A DNA stretch of 64,000 nucleotides from a bacterium (GTDB lineage Bacteria > Chloroflexota > Anaerolineae > Epilineales > Epilineaceae): NCBI GenBank assembly GCA_003576755.1, contig QEVT01000001.1:641-64640 (forward strand), in the 5' to 3' direction. Made by a program: the position numbers and the translations under genes. The notes under the pieces were generated by a model. That model had not been told where the DNA came from. It searched no databases and was given only the letters and a program-made list of their open reading frames with translations. The stretch's first letter is position 1. Each line of letters starts with the position of its first letter. This document shows positions 28,813 to 39,014 of this stretch, piece by piece.

Positions 28813-29895
28813 TCACGGCAAGATCGGGCGCAGCGGCGATGGGGGGGGGCCGATGAGGGGCACGGGCTGTTCCGGCACCGTGGTGCTGTCCGTCCCCGCC
28901 AGGTCGGACCACGGGTCGAACGGGCGCAGCGGGGAGGGAGGATAGAGGATGACCGGGACGCGCGGGATACCCATCGCGTCCACCAGCCCGAACTCGAGCT
29001 CGGTGGAGTAGGCTTCGGGTGCGAAGTCTCCGGCCGTGTCCAGCACCGATGTCGGCTCCGGGGTGGCGGCGATGCCGGCGACGATCATGGCCAGAGCCAC
29101 CAGGGCGACGGAGCCGAACTCCGCGGCCACCGATCGGTTCAGGCGTCCGGCGAGGTGCTGCTGCGTCAGGCCCGTGAGCGTGTAGAACGCGAGCAGGATC
29201 AACGCCCCGCCGTAGAGCGCGCTCAGGCCAAGCGCGTTCAACGGCCAGCTGACCTGGCCGGCGACGATGGCGATGACGAACGCGTACAGCCACGTGGTCT
29301 CGAGGTTCTCCTCGGTGCTGCGCAGGAGCTCGAGCGCGAGCGGAAACGTGACGACGATCACCGCCGTCGACGAGATCAGGCTGCGTGCCTGAAGGCTGTA
29401 GATGAACGCGTAGAGGGCAAGGGCCGCGCCGTAGGTGGCGATGTTGAGCCCGAGGCGCGCCGTGCGGTACCACGGTGTGTCGAGGCGGACCGTCCCGCAT
29501 TCGCCCACGACGACCAGCGACAACAGGACTCCGAGGAGGACGATGTCGCCCAGCCAGACGCTGGGGCTGCCGAACTGCCGGGGGACGACGGTGGCCGCGG
29601 CAAGCGTGACCAGCCCGGGCAAGATCCAGAACGTGGTGGAATAGCGCAGGTCGATGCGCCGATGGCCGGAGATGTGGCGGACCAGCCCATCCATCCCGAA
29701 CGCGACGAGCAGGATCAGGAGGCCGGCCAGCGTCCAGCGAGCGCTGACGTCGATGCCCAGCGGTGAGCCGAGCACGTGGAACGCGATCGTGCGGGTCGGG
29801 AACACCGCGGCCGACGACAGCACCACGCCGGACATGACGAGGCACACCAGGAGCATGATCCGGTCTTCGGGGAACGCGCGCGGTTCGTCCGTCAT
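28813..29895 (-). CDS. Polytopic integral membrane protein, hypothetical
   Basis: About eight hydrophobic helices and a Pro-rich C-terminal tail. No recognisable family. Confidence 0.5.
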   Translation of the reverse strand: MTDEPRAFPEDRIMLLVCLVMSGVVLSSAAVFPTRTIAFHVLGSPLGIDVSARWTLAGLLILLVAFGMDGLVRHISGHRRIDLRYSTTFWILPGLVTLAAATVVPRQFGSPSVWLGDIVLLGVLLSLVVVGECGTVRLDTPWYRTARLGLNIATYGAALALYAFIYSLQARSLISSTAVIVVTFPLALELLRSTEENLETTWLYAFVIAIVAGQVSWPLNALGLSALYGGALILLAFYTLTGLTQQHLAGRLNRSVAAEFGSVALVALAMIVAGIAATPEPTSVLDTAGDFAPEAYSTELEFGLVDAMGIPRVPVILYPPSPLRPFDPWSDLAGTDSTTVPEQPVPLIGPPPSPLRPILP

Positions 29896-29986
29896 GGCTA
29901 CAATCCTACCGCGACGCGCCGCAATCGCTAAACACGAACCAGCCGTGGATGTGCCCTGGCTGCCGGCGCGGCCCTCAGAGACGGGC

Positions 29987-30634
29987 CTACGACGTGGGCG
30001 GCCCCGGCGGGACCACCGAGCGCCAATCGGGGATCTTCATCGTGAACGGGTCGCGCGTGCGGCTGTACATCGGGCCGCCCATGCGCGCGATCGCGCCGAG
30101 CGCGGCCTGATCGACTTTGAGCTCGGCATCGACGAGGTCGGCGCGGATGTGCCACATCACGATGCGCGCCACGAACAGCGCGCTGACGCGCGGCGGCTCG
30201 CCGAGGTGCAGGGTGTGCATCACACGGCACTCGATGTGGATCGGCGATTCGGCGATGCGCGGCGGCCGGACGACGGCTGACGGCAGCGGTGTGAGCCCCG
30301 CGACCGCAAGCTCGTCGATGCCGGGAGGGAAGTCGGCCGCCGTGAGGTTCATGCGCTCGGCGAGGTCCTCGGTGACCATGTTGACGACGAGCTCGCCGGT
30401 GGCCTCGATGTTGGCACGCGTGTCCTTGGGCTGCCCTCCCCGGCTGCCGATGCTGATCGCCAGCGCCGGCACGTAGGAGTGGCAGCCCATGAAGTAGCTG
30501 AACGGCGCGAGGTTCACGCGCCCGTCGGCGTCCACGCTCGTGGTCCAGGCGATGGGCCGGGGCACGATGGTGCCGATCGTGAGCTTGTGCCTCTGTTCGG
30601 GCGTCAGGCGGGTGGGGTCGAGCGCGACGTGCAT
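29987..30634 (-). CDS. Flavin reductase-like (FMN-binding split-barrel) protein
   Basis: LTIGTIVPRPIAWTTSVDADGRVNLAPFSYF motif. Start trimmed to MHVALDP, with a GAGGA RBS. Confidence 0.7.
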   Translation of the reverse strand: MHVALDPTRLTPEQRHKLTIGTIVPRPIAWTTSVDADGRVNLAPFSYFMGCHSYVPALAISIGSRGGQPKDTRANIEATGELVVNMVTEDLAERMNLTAADFPPGIDELAVAGLTPLPSAVVRPPRIAESPIHIECRVMHTLHLGEPPRVSALFVARIVMWHIRADLVDAELKVDQAALGAIARMGGPMYSRTRDPFTMKIPDWRSVVPPGPPTS

Positions 30635-30644
30635 GCGGGTGTCC

Positions 30645-31628
30645 TCAAACGGCCGGCGCGGGCACGAGACGTGCCGCGCCACCGGCGTGGTTGTGGAGCC
30701 ATGATTCGACATAATCGAGCTGGCGCAGGCAGCCCTCGACGTCGCCTGCCGCCGCCCCATCGCAGATCAGGTGGACGTTGGGACCGGCATCCAGTGTGAA
30801 CCACACCGGCAGGCCGGCGTCGCGCCACGCGTGGACCTGGTGAAGCAGGGCCACGGTCGCGGGCGCCCAGTAGAGCAGCGCCGGCCGGCCGGTCAGCGCG
30901 ATGGCGTGCAGCGCCAGTGCCTCGGCCTCGATGGCCGGGCCGAGCACCGCCATGTCGCGGTCGAGGATGGCCTGGCGCACCCGCGGCACCTCGGCCTGCA
31001 GCCCGGCGATGCGTGCCGCGAAGAACGGGCTGGCCAGCGCGGCGCCGTGGCCGTCGGTCGAGCCCGTGCGTTTGTGGTCTCGGCTGACCACGGCGACGAT
31101 GTCGCGCAGATCCCAATGTTCGGGCGGGGCGAACGATGCGGCGAACGAGGCCGCGTGGTCGCCGGCGGCGTGCCACTCGACAAAGCCGGGCGGCACCGAG
31201 CGCGCCGCCGATCCCGATCCTCGGCGCGCGAGCGCCGAGAGCTCCGGTTCCGGCAGCGACAGGCCGGCGGCTGCCGTCGCCGCCAGCGAGAGCGCGGCGA
31301 AGGCCGAGGCCGACGAGGCGATCCCCGTGCCCATGGGGAAGCTGTTGGACGACTCGACCGCCGCGTGGGTGCCGATGCCGGCCCGCGCACGGACGAGGTC
31401 GAGGTGGTGCGCCACACGATCGCGCGGCGCGCCAGCACGCGCCTCGCCGTCGATCACCACGTGGTCCGACGCCAGGCCAGGGTCGAACCGTACCGTCGTG
31501 GTGGTGGTGGCGGCGCTGAGGTTCATCGACAAGCTGCTGTTGAAGGGCAGCCGCAGGTCGGGGGACAGGTTGCCCCAGTATTTCACGAAGGCGATGTTCG
31601 CACACGCAACGGCGGTGGCAGAGGTCAT
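30645..31628 (-). CDS. Mevalonate (di)phosphate decarboxylase family (GHMP kinase fold), possibly a phosphomevalonate decarboxylase
   Basis: ANIAFVKYWGN N-terminal motif plus the GHMP motif PMGTGIASSAS. Confidence 0.8.
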   Translation of the reverse strand: MTSATAVACANIAFVKYWGNLSPDLRLPFNSSLSMNLSAATTTTTVRFDPGLASDHVVIDGEARAGAPRDRVAHHLDLVRARAGIGTHAAVESSNSFPMGTGIASSASAFAALSLAATAAAGLSLPEPELSALARRGSGSAARSVPPGFVEWHAAGDHAASFAASFAPPEHWDLRDIVAVVSRDHKRTGSTDGHGAALASPFFAARIAGLQAEVPRVRQAILDRDMAVLGPAIEAEALALHAIALTGRPALLYWAPATVALLHQVHAWRDAGLPVWFTLDAGPNVHLICDGAAAGDVEGCLRQLDYVESWLHNHAGGAARLVPAPAV

Positions 31629-31668
31629 GAGGCAAGACCGGCGCTGGTGACGGGCGGGACGGGCGCGG

Positions 31669-31926
31669 TCAACGGATGAGGCGGGCGACGAGCAGCAGCA
31701 CGACGGCGCCGATGAACGCCACGACGACGTCGCCCACCATGCCGGCGGGCGCGATCGCCAGGTTCAGCTGGCGCAACAGCCAGCCGCCGACGAACGAGCC
31801 GATGATGCCGGTGAGCACCGTGGCGAGCAGCCCGCCGCGGATGCCCCCGACGACGAGGTTGGCCAGCCAGCCGGCGACGGCGCCGATGATGATCCAGATC
31901 ACGATGGTCTCGACCGAGAGCGTCAT
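31669..31926 (-). CDS. GlsB/YeaQ/YmgE-family transglycosylase-associated membrane protein
   Basis: IIIGAVAGWLANLVVGG...GIIGSFVGGWL glycine-zipper helices. AAGGAG RBS. Confidence 0.7.
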   Translation of the reverse strand: MTLSVETIVIWIIIGAVAGWLANLVVGGIRGGLLATVLTGIIGSFVGGWLLRQLNLAIAPAGMVGDVVVAFIGAVVLLLVARLIR

Positions 31927-32129
31927 GGGAGGGCTCCTTTCGTGGGGTGCGTTGCGACGGGCACGCGACCACGGGGCCGGCATGCGGTCGCGTGCAGGCG
32001 CCGGGCGCCTCGTCTGCGCGGGGCACAGGCCCGCATGGGCTCAGTGTATCGCGGTGGGGCAGGATGGTCCAGTCGTGCGCGTCGTGCCGTGCGTGCGTCA
32101 CTCCGCGCGTGCCGCGCGAGCGGGCGGCG

Positions 32130-32936
32130 TCATGCGCGGATCGTCGTCCCGCCGGCGGCGCGGTCGCCGGCCAGCGCCGCGGCGACGGCGCCGGGCCGCA
32201 ACCCCGAGACGATGTGGACGACGAGCCCGGGATGACGTTGCACGGCGTCGAGCATCGCGCCGACCTTGGACGCCATGCCCCCGGTCACGTCGACCACACC
32301 GGCGCGGGCGCCCGAGAGGGCGGCGGCCAGGGCCTCGCGGTCGCGCGGCGTCACCTGGTCGAATCGGCGTGCGCCCGGGTGGGCATGGGGGTCGGCGTCG
32401 AACACGCCGTCGACGTCGGTGGCCAGCACGATGCGCGTGGGGCGGAGGGCATCGGCCAATGCGGCCAGGAGGGGCTCGGTGCTGACGATGGTGCCGCCTC
32501 GCGCGCGGTCGAGCGCGGCGTCGCCGTACGTCACCGGCACCAGGCGCGCCGCCAGACGCTCGGCGATCAGCGCGCCGCGGACGGCGACGACCCGGCCGGC
32601 GTCGCACGTGGCCACCAACCCGCCCGGCACGGCCACCGCCGGCAGGTCGGCGGCGATGAGGGCGTCGACGACGGCGGCGTTCAGGCGACCGGCGGCGGCG
32701 GCCACGCGCGCGAGCGCCATGGCGTCCGCGGGGCGGTCGAGGAAGCCGGTCTCTCGCGCCGCCACGTGCCCGAACGAGCCGCTGCCGTGAGCCACCACGA
32801 GCCGGCCGTCACGCGCGCCGGGCCATGCGGCCACCTCGCCCGCCAGGCGCACCAGCACCGCGCCGCGCACGGCCTCGTGCCCGTGCTTCTCGGTCAGGAG
32901 CGCGCCGCCGAGCTTCAGGAAGACGGTACCGGTCAC
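32130..32936 (-). CDS. Isopentenyl phosphate kinase (amino-acid kinase family)
   Basis: VFLKLGGALLT...VVAHGSGSFGH motifs. Start placed at the GTG 17 nt after the mvk stop; the start is uncertain. Confidence 0.7.
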   Translation of the reverse strand: MTGTVFLKLGGALLTEKHGHEAVRGAVLVRLAGEVAAWPGARDGRLVVAHGSGSFGHVAARETGFLDRPADAMALARVAAAAGRLNAAVVDALIAADLPAVAVPGGLVATCDAGRVVAVRGALIAERLAARLVPVTYGDAALDRARGGTIVSTEPLLAALADALRPTRIVLATDVDGVFDADPHAHPGARRFDQVTPRDREALAAALSGARAGVVDVTGGMASKVGAMLDAVQRHPGLVVHIVSGLRPGAVAAALAGDRAAGGTTIRA

Positions 32937-32955
32937 GCCCGTGGTCCCGCCGTCG

Positions 32956-33927
32956 TCAGCGATCGTCAGCCACGCGCCAGACGGCGGCTGCGTCGGCTTG
33001 GCGCAGCGCAGACGTGACCGCAGCCTCGGTTCCCGGCGCTGCGAGCGCGACGACGACGCCACCGCCGCCCGCGCCGCTGAGCTTGGCCCCAAAGGCGCCC
33101 GCCCCTCGCGCGGCGCCGACGAGCGCGTCGAGGCGCGGCGTCGAAACCCCCATCGCCTGGAGCACGAGGTGGTTCTGGTTCATCAGCCAGCCCACACGGT
33201 GGAGCGATCCCTCGGCGAGCGCTGCCACGGCTTCGTCGACGAGCTTGCCGATGCGGCGGAACCAGTCGTCGTACACGTCGGGATGGGCCTGTCGCCGGGC
33301 GCGCACGCCCGCCACGACCTCGCGGGTGAGGCCAGCCGTGCCGGAATCGGCGGCCAGCACGCACCACGGGGCCCCGAAGCCGATCGGCGTCGCGCGACCC
33401 TGCTGGAAGCGGATGGGCCGACCGAATGCGATGACGGTGTTGTCGATGCCGCTGGGGGTGCCGTGCGCGTGCTTCTCGGCCACATAGGCCAGCGATGCCA
33501 CGGTCGCGTCGTCCCAATCCTCGCCGGCGGCCTCGCCGATCGCCCGGACGAGCGCCACCGCCACCGCGGCGCTCGAGCCCATTCCCCGGCCGGTCGGGAT
33601 GCTGCTGGTGACCTCGACGTGCCACGGCGTGCGCGGGGTGCGCCCAGCGTGCTCGAGCGCCGCGCGCGCCGCCGCGGCCAGGGGGCTGTCGGCCGGCGCC
33701 GAGGCGACGTCGATCTCGAGCGGCGGCCGCTGGTCGGCGGGCGGGTGGTGCGCGGTGATCGACAGCGGCCCGCCCGATGGGAACACCGTGGCGCGCGCGC
33801 CGACGGCGTGGCACGCCACGGCGATCGCCGGATGGCCGTACACCACCGCGTGCTCGCCCAGCAAGATGAGCTTGCCGGGCGCGGTTGCCGTGGCGAGGGG
33901 GGCCGGGTCGGTGTCGTGGGCGGCCAC
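32956..33927 (-). CDS. mvk: Mevalonate kinase (GHMP)
   Basis: APGKLILLGEHAVVYG and GMGSSAAVAVALV GHMP motifs. Confidence 0.85.
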   Translation of the reverse strand: MAAHDTDPAPLATATAPGKLILLGEHAVVYGHPAIAVACHAVGARATVFPSGGPLSITAHHPPADQRPPLEIDVASAPADSPLAAAARAALEHAGRTPRTPWHVEVTSSIPTGRGMGSSAAVAVALVRAIGEAAGEDWDDATVASLAYVAEKHAHGTPSGIDNTVIAFGRPIRFQQGRATPIGFGAPWCVLAADSGTAGLTREVVAGVRARRQAHPDVYDDWFRRIGKLVDEAVAALAEGSLHRVGWLMNQNHLVLQAMGVSTPRLDALVGAARGAGAFGAKLSGAGGGGVVVALAAPGTEAAVTSALRQADAAAVWRVADDR

Positions 33928-33931
33928 GGCT

Positions 33932-36049
33932 TCAGTACGCCAACAGCGTGGCCATCCGGTCCCGCATCTGGGCCACCGAAGGCACCACCCCGTTCATCAT
34001 CCGCACGTTGTACGGCACCGGGCAGTCCGCGCCGCCGACGCGCAGCACCGGTGCGTCGAGGTGCTCGAAGGCCTCGGCGGTCACGCGCGCCACGACCTCG
34101 GCACCGAAGCCGGCCGTCACGTGGTCCTCGTGAATCACGAGGCAACGCCCGGTCCGGCGCACGCTGGTCAGGACGGACTCGGCGTCCCACGGAACCAGGG
34201 TCCGCAGGTCGATCACCTCGACTGCGCCGCCGAAGGCGTCGGCCGCCTCGATCGCCCGGTGCACCATCGCGCCCCACGTCACCACCGTCAGGTCCGTGCC
34301 TGGCCGACGGACCGCCGCCTGGCCGAAGGGGATCATGTAGCCGTCGCCAGGGTATGGGCGGCGCGCCTCGGCGCCGAAGTACAGCGCGCGATGCTCGAGG
34401 AAGTAGACGGGGTCGTCGGATCGCAGGGCCGTCCGCAGCAGCCCGGCCGCGTCCTCCGCGTCCGACGGGAACACGACCTTCCAGCCCACGCTGTGCGCGA
34501 ACACGACCTCGTCGCACACGCTGTGCCATGGGTCGCCGGTGGCCGGTGAGAAGCCGACCGGGATGCGTACGACGATCGGGGCCGCGAAGCGGTTGTGGGT
34601 CCGCCAGCGAATCGTCCCGCAGTCGTTGAGCTGTTCGGTGGCGGGGTCGGCGTACTTGCGGAACTGGAGCTCGGGCACCGGCACCAGGCCCGCCAGGGCC
34701 AGGCCCACCGCTCGGCCGATGATCCCCTCCTCGCAGAGCGCCGTGTCCGAGACCCGGTCGGCCCCGAAGCGCAGCTGCATGTCGCGCGTGGCGCCGTGCA
34801 CACCGCCCTTGGCGCCGACATCCTCGCCGAACACCAGCACGCGCTGTGTGGCGCGCATCTCGGCCTCGAGCGTCATCCGCACGGTGTCGACGAGGTTGAG
34901 CCGCACGGGCTCGGGCGGGTTCGGACGCGCGCCGAAGTCGACGGACAGCCCGGCCCCTTCGGGACGCGTGCCGCCGACCGTCTGGGGGTGGGCGGCATCC
35001 GAGAAGACGAACGCGTGGGCGTCGTCGGGTCGGCCCTCGGCCTGCGCCGCCGCTCGGTCGCGCGCGGCAGCGACCTCGGCCTCGGCCTCGGCCTCGACCG
35101 CCGCCCAGTCGGCGGCCGTCAGCACTTCGGGCACGAGAAAGTCGCGCAGCCTGGGCAGCGGGTCGCGCGCGGCCTCGCGGGCGCGCAGCTCGGCCGGCTT
35201 GTAGGCCTGGTTGTCTTGCACCGAGTGGCCGAGCAGCCGCGGCACCACGAGACGCAGGAGCGCCGGGCCGCTGCCGCCCCGGATGTGCCCAATGGCGCGG
35301 TCTACCAGAGCGGCGCACGCCGCCGGATCGGTGCCGTCGCCGTCGAGCACGAGGAGGTTGCGGAAGCTGGCCAGGTTGGCGGCGATGTTGGCGCCGGGGG
35401 TCTGGAACGACGACGCCACCGAGATCGCGTAGCCGTTGTCCTCGATGAAGAAGAGATACGGCAGGCGGGCGGTGGTGGCCATGTTCAGCGCAGCCCAGAA
35501 GCCCGGCGTGGCGCAGGCACCGTCGCCGCCGAGCGCGACGGCCACCGCCCCATCCCAATCGGCCTCGCCCATCACGGTGGTTCGGTAGCGGATGGCGTGG
35601 GCCCAGCCCAACGCCGGCGTGAACTGCGCGCCGACATCCCCCGACATCGGGAGGATCGTCGCGCGCTCGCGCCGGGGCAGGTTGAAGACCACGCCGATGT
35701 CGCGCCCGCCGTTGGGCGAGCCGACGCGCCCCATCGTGGCGGCCAGGCCCTCTTCGGGGGTGAGGCCGTTGGTCAGCATGAACGGCCGCGACCGGTAATA
35801 GACCGCGGCGGCGTCGCGCGGGTGGTCGAGCGCCAGGCCGAGCAGGACCTGGCCGAGCTCGTGGCCCCCGGCCGAGAACTGGTACTTGACCAGGCCCGCC
35901 GGCACGAGGTCGTCGACCTCGACGCGGTCCAGCGCGCGGCTGGTCAGCATGATCCGCGCGACGGTCCGCCAGTCCACGTCCGGCGGGGGCGTGGCCGCCG
36001 CAGGCTTGCGGGAGCGGGTGGCACGGGGCGCGGCGGCTTGTACGGTCAC
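33932..36049 (-). CDS. 2-oxoacid dehydrogenase E1 component, fused alpha+beta subunits (TPP-dependent)
   Basis: E1-alpha TPP motif region (GGDGACATPGFWAALNMA) followed by E1-beta transketolase-like C-terminal domains. GTG start with a GGAGGA RBS. Confidence 0.8.
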   Translation of the reverse strand: MTVQAAAPRATRSRKPAAATPPPDVDWRTVARIMLTSRALDRVEVDDLVPAGLVKYQFSAGGHELGQVLLGLALDHPRDAAAVYYRSRPFMLTNGLTPEEGLAATMGRVGSPNGGRDIGVVFNLPRRERATILPMSGDVGAQFTPALGWAHAIRYRTTVMGEADWDGAVAVALGGDGACATPGFWAALNMATTARLPYLFFIEDNGYAISVASSFQTPGANIAANLASFRNLLVLDGDGTDPAACAALVDRAIGHIRGGSGPALLRLVVPRLLGHSVQDNQAYKPAELRAREAARDPLPRLRDFLVPEVLTAADWAAVEAEAEAEVAAARDRAAAQAEGRPDDAHAFVFSDAAHPQTVGGTRPEGAGLSVDFGARPNPPEPVRLNLVDTVRMTLEAEMRATQRVLVFGEDVGAKGGVHGATRDMQLRFGADRVSDTALCEEGIIGRAVGLALAGLVPVPELQFRKYADPATEQLNDCGTIRWRTHNRFAAPIVVRIPVGFSPATGDPWHSVCDEVVFAHSVGWKVVFPSDAEDAAGLLRTALRSDDPVYFLEHRALYFGAEARRPYPGDGYMIPFGQAAVRRPGTDLTVVTWGAMVHRAIEAADAFGGAVEVIDLRTLVPWDAESVLTSVRRTGRCLVIHEDHVTAGFGAEVVARVTAEAFEHLDAPVLRVGGADCPVPYNVRMMNGVVPSVAQMRDRMATLLAY

Positions 36050-36264
36050 GGGTGAGGTTCCTCCGTGGCGTGGTCTTGGCGGTCAACGGCGCTGCACCCG
36101 AGCGGAACGCGCCGGGCCTTGGCGATGCGCCGAGGGATTATAGCGGGGGGAGGGAAAGAGGGAAGCGGCACGACGTGCGCGGGAAACGTCGAGGGCGGGA
36201 GGCGTTCTCGACGTGTCATCAAGCCGCGCTGCCCGCCCCCGCCCTCGTCCCACTGCTGCCGACC

Positions 36265-38787
36265 TCAGGTCGTCGAGGCCACGCCCTCCGACGCCGACTC
36301 CGAGCGGTCCGATTCCTGGATCACGTCGCCGAGCGGGATCGGCTCGGCCTCGTGGCGCTCGAACGCCAGCCCCTCGCCCGACGCGTCGAGCTTGACCACC
36401 ACGGTGTCGCCGATCTCGAAGCCGTTGGCGATGATCTGCCGCGACAACGGCGTCTCGATCTGGCGCTGCACCAGCCGGCGCAATGGCCGGGCGCCGTACT
36501 GCGGGTCGAAGCCCTTGTCGGCCAACCACGCCCGGGCCGCGTCATCGAGGGTGAGCTTGAGCCCGTGGTCCGCCAACCGTGCGGTGACCTTGGCCAGCTG
36601 CAGGTCGACGATGCGGAGGATGTGGTCGCGGTCCAGCGGGTGGAACACGATCACCTCGTCGATGCGGTTGAGGAACTCCGGGCGGAAGGCGCGCTTGAGC
36701 GCGTCGCGCACATCGCCGGCGAAGCGGTCGTCGATGCCGGCCTCGCCCCCGCCGAACCCCAGCCGGCCGCCACGCACGCTGAGCTCGGTGCCGATGTTCG
36801 ACGTCATGATGATGACGGTGTTGCGGAAGTCGACCACGTGGCCTTGGGCATCGGTGAGCCGGCCCTCGTCGAGCACCTGCAGGAGGATGTTCCACACCTC
36901 GGGGTGTGCCTTCTCGATCTCGTCGAACAGGACCACCTGGTACGGCCGGCGGCGGACCGCCTCGGTCAGCTGGCCGCCCTCGTCGTAGCCCACGTACCCG
37001 GGCGGCGCGCCGACCAGGCGGCTGACGGTGTGGCGCTCGCGGTACTCGCTCATGTCGAGCCGCACCAGCGCCTCGTCGCTCTGGAACATGAACGCGGCCA
37101 GCGCCTTGGCGAGCTCGGTCTTGCCGACGCCCGTGGAGCCGAGGAAGATGAAGCTCCCGATGGGCCGAGCGGGATCCTTGAGCCCGCTTCGGCTGCGGCG
37201 GATGGCGTCGGCGACCGCGCGGATGGCCTCGTCCTGGCCGATGACGCGCTGGTGGAGCGCCTCCTCCATGCCGAGCAGGCGCTCGGCCTCGGTCTGGATC
37301 ATGCGGACCACGGGGATGCCGGTCCAGGTCTGGACCACCTCGGCGATGTCCTCTTCGTCCACGACGTCGTCGACGGCGTTCTCGGCGCGCCACGCCGCCA
37401 CCTCGGCGTCGTGCTCGGTCTTGAGCTGGATCCGCTTGCTCTTGACGCGCGCCGCACGCTCGTAGTCGCGGGCCTGCCACGCCTTCTCTTCCTCTTCGAG
37501 CAGGCTGCCGATCCGGGCCGCTTCGCGCCGCAGCGGCGGCGGCATCTGGAACATGTCCATGCGCAGCTTGGCGGCCGCCTCGTCCATGAGGTCGATGGCC
37601 TTGTCGGGCAGGGCGCGGCTGGTGACGTAACGGTGCGACAGCTCGACGGCGGCCCGCAGGGCTTCGTCCGTGATGCGCACCTGGTGGTGCTTCTCGTAGC
37701 GCTCGCGCAGCCCCTTGAGCATCTCCATCGACTGGTCGAGGCTCGGCTGCTCGACGAACACCGGCGCGAACCGGCGTTCGAGCGCACGGTCCTTCTCGAT
37801 GTGCTGGCGGTACTCGTCGAGGGTGGTCGCGCCGATGCACTGCAGCTCGCCGCGCGCGAGCGCCGGCTTCATCAGGTTGCTCGCATCCATCGCGCCTTGC
37901 GCCGAGCCGGCGCCGACCACGTTGTGGAGCTCGTCGATGAACACGATGGCCTGGCCCTCGGCGTTGCGGATCTCGTCGAGCACGGCCTTGAGGCGCTCTT
38001 CGAACTCACCGCGAAACTTCGAGCCCGCGACCATGGCGCCGAGGTCGAGCTCGATGACGCGCTTGCCGGCCAGCGACTCGGGCACGTCACCGTTGGCGAT
38101 CATCTGGGCCAGCCCTTCGACGACCGCGGTCTTGCCGACGCCCGGGTCGCCGATGAGCACGGGGTTGTTCTTCGAACGGCGCATGAGCACGCGCATCAGC
38201 CGCACGAGCTCGGTCTCGCGCCCCACCACCGGATCCAGCTTCCCCTCGCGCGCCAGCGCCGTCAGGTCGCGCCCGTACTTCTCGAGCACGCGGTAGCGCG
38301 TCTCGGCGCGCGGGTCGGTGACCCGCTGGCCGGCCCGCAGCTCGTCGATGGCCAGGCGGGCGTCTTCCTTGTCGATGCCGGCCTCGGCCAAGAGGCGCGT
38401 GGCATGCCCGCGCTCCTCGCTGATGATGGCCAACAGCAGGTGTTCGGTGGAGATGTAATCGTCGCCCATCGACTGCGCTTCGCTCAGCGCCACCTGGCTG
38501 AGGCGCTGGATGCGGGGCGTGACGTAGATCTGGCCGCTGCCGGAACGCCCGGGCACGTTGAGCTTGCGGTTGTTGGCGAGGTACTCGTCGAGCTGCATCG
38601 CGAGCAGCTCGCTGTTGACCCCGAGCATGTCCTCGAGAACCACGGTGGCGATCCCGTCGGGCTGCTCGAGAAGCGCCAGGAACACGTGCTCGGTGTCCAT
38701 CTGGTTGTGGGCGTAGCGCAAGAGCAGCTCTTGTGATCGGGCGATGACGTCCTGGGCACGTTCGGTGAAGCGGTCGAACGGTATCAT
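36265..38787 (-). CDS. clpB: ATP-dependent chaperone ClpB
   Basis: Two AAA modules ([18 protein letters not shown]), a long middle coiled-coil domain and Clp-N repeats. Start trimmed to MIPFDRF, with a GGGGGAG RBS. Confidence 0.9.
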   Translation of the reverse strand: MIPFDRFTERAQDVIARSQELLLRYAHNQMDTEHVFLALLEQPDGIATVVLEDMLGVNSELLAMQLDEYLANNRKLNVPGRSGSGQIYVTPRIQRLSQVALSEAQSMGDDYISTEHLLLAIISEERGHATRLLAEAGIDKEDARLAIDELRAGQRVTDPRAETRYRVLEKYGRDLTALAREGKLDPVVGRETELVRLMRVLMRRSKNNPVLIGDPGVGKTAVVEGLAQMIANGDVPESLAGKRVIELDLGAMVAGSKFRGEFEERLKAVLDEIRNAEGQAIVFIDELHNVVGAGSAQGAMDASNLMKPALARGELQCIGATTLDEYRQHIEKDRALERRFAPVFVEQPSLDQSMEMLKGLRERYEKHHQVRITDEALRAAVELSHRYVTSRALPDKAIDLMDEAAAKLRMDMFQMPPPLRREAARIGSLLEEEEKAWQARDYERAARVKSKRIQLKTEHDAEVAAWRAENAVDDVVDEEDIAEVVQTWTGIPVVRMIQTEAERLLGMEEALHQRVIGQDEAIRAVADAIRRSRSGLKDPARPIGSFIFLGSTGVGKTELAKALAAFMFQSDEALVRLDMSEYRERHTVSRLVGAPPGYVGYDEGGQLTEAVRRRPYQVVLFDEIEKAHPEVWNILLQVLDEGRLTDAQGHVVDFRNTVIIMTSNIGTELSVRGGRLGFGGGEAGIDDRFAGDVRDALKRAFRPEFLNRIDEVIVFHPLDRDHILRIVDLQLAKVTARLADHGLKLTLDDAARAWLADKGFDPQYGARPLRRLVQRQIETPLSRQIIANGFEIGDTVVVKLDASGEGLAFERHEAEPIPLGDVIQESDRSESASEGVASTT

Positions 38788-39014
38788 CTGATGCTGTTGC
38801 TCCCCCACGCCGGCGGGCGTACCGACCGGCGCGCGTGCCGCCCGTTGCAACCAGGGCGGCGTGGTGGTCTCCCGAAGCACGGGAGTCGGACGACATTATA
38901 CCGTTCTGCCGGGAGCCTTCGCAAGCCCCTGGCGCGAGCCGCGCTAGTATCGTGTTAGAACGCCGGCGACATCCTGGCCGTAACAAGCTCGCGGCCCGTG
39001 CGTCTTAAGCCGAC

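Noticed and set aside
28841-28849. G9 homopolymer tract
   Set aside because: It encodes PPP within the C-terminal Pro-rich tail of the 28813-29895 membrane protein. It could be slippage-prone, but there is no evidence of phase variation from a single sequence.
38788-39014. Possible HAIR/CIRCE heat-shock operator upstream of clpB
   Set aside because: I looked for CTTGAGT-N7-ACTCAAG and TTAGCACTC-N9-GAGTGCTAA and found no convincing match by eye. Left as untested.
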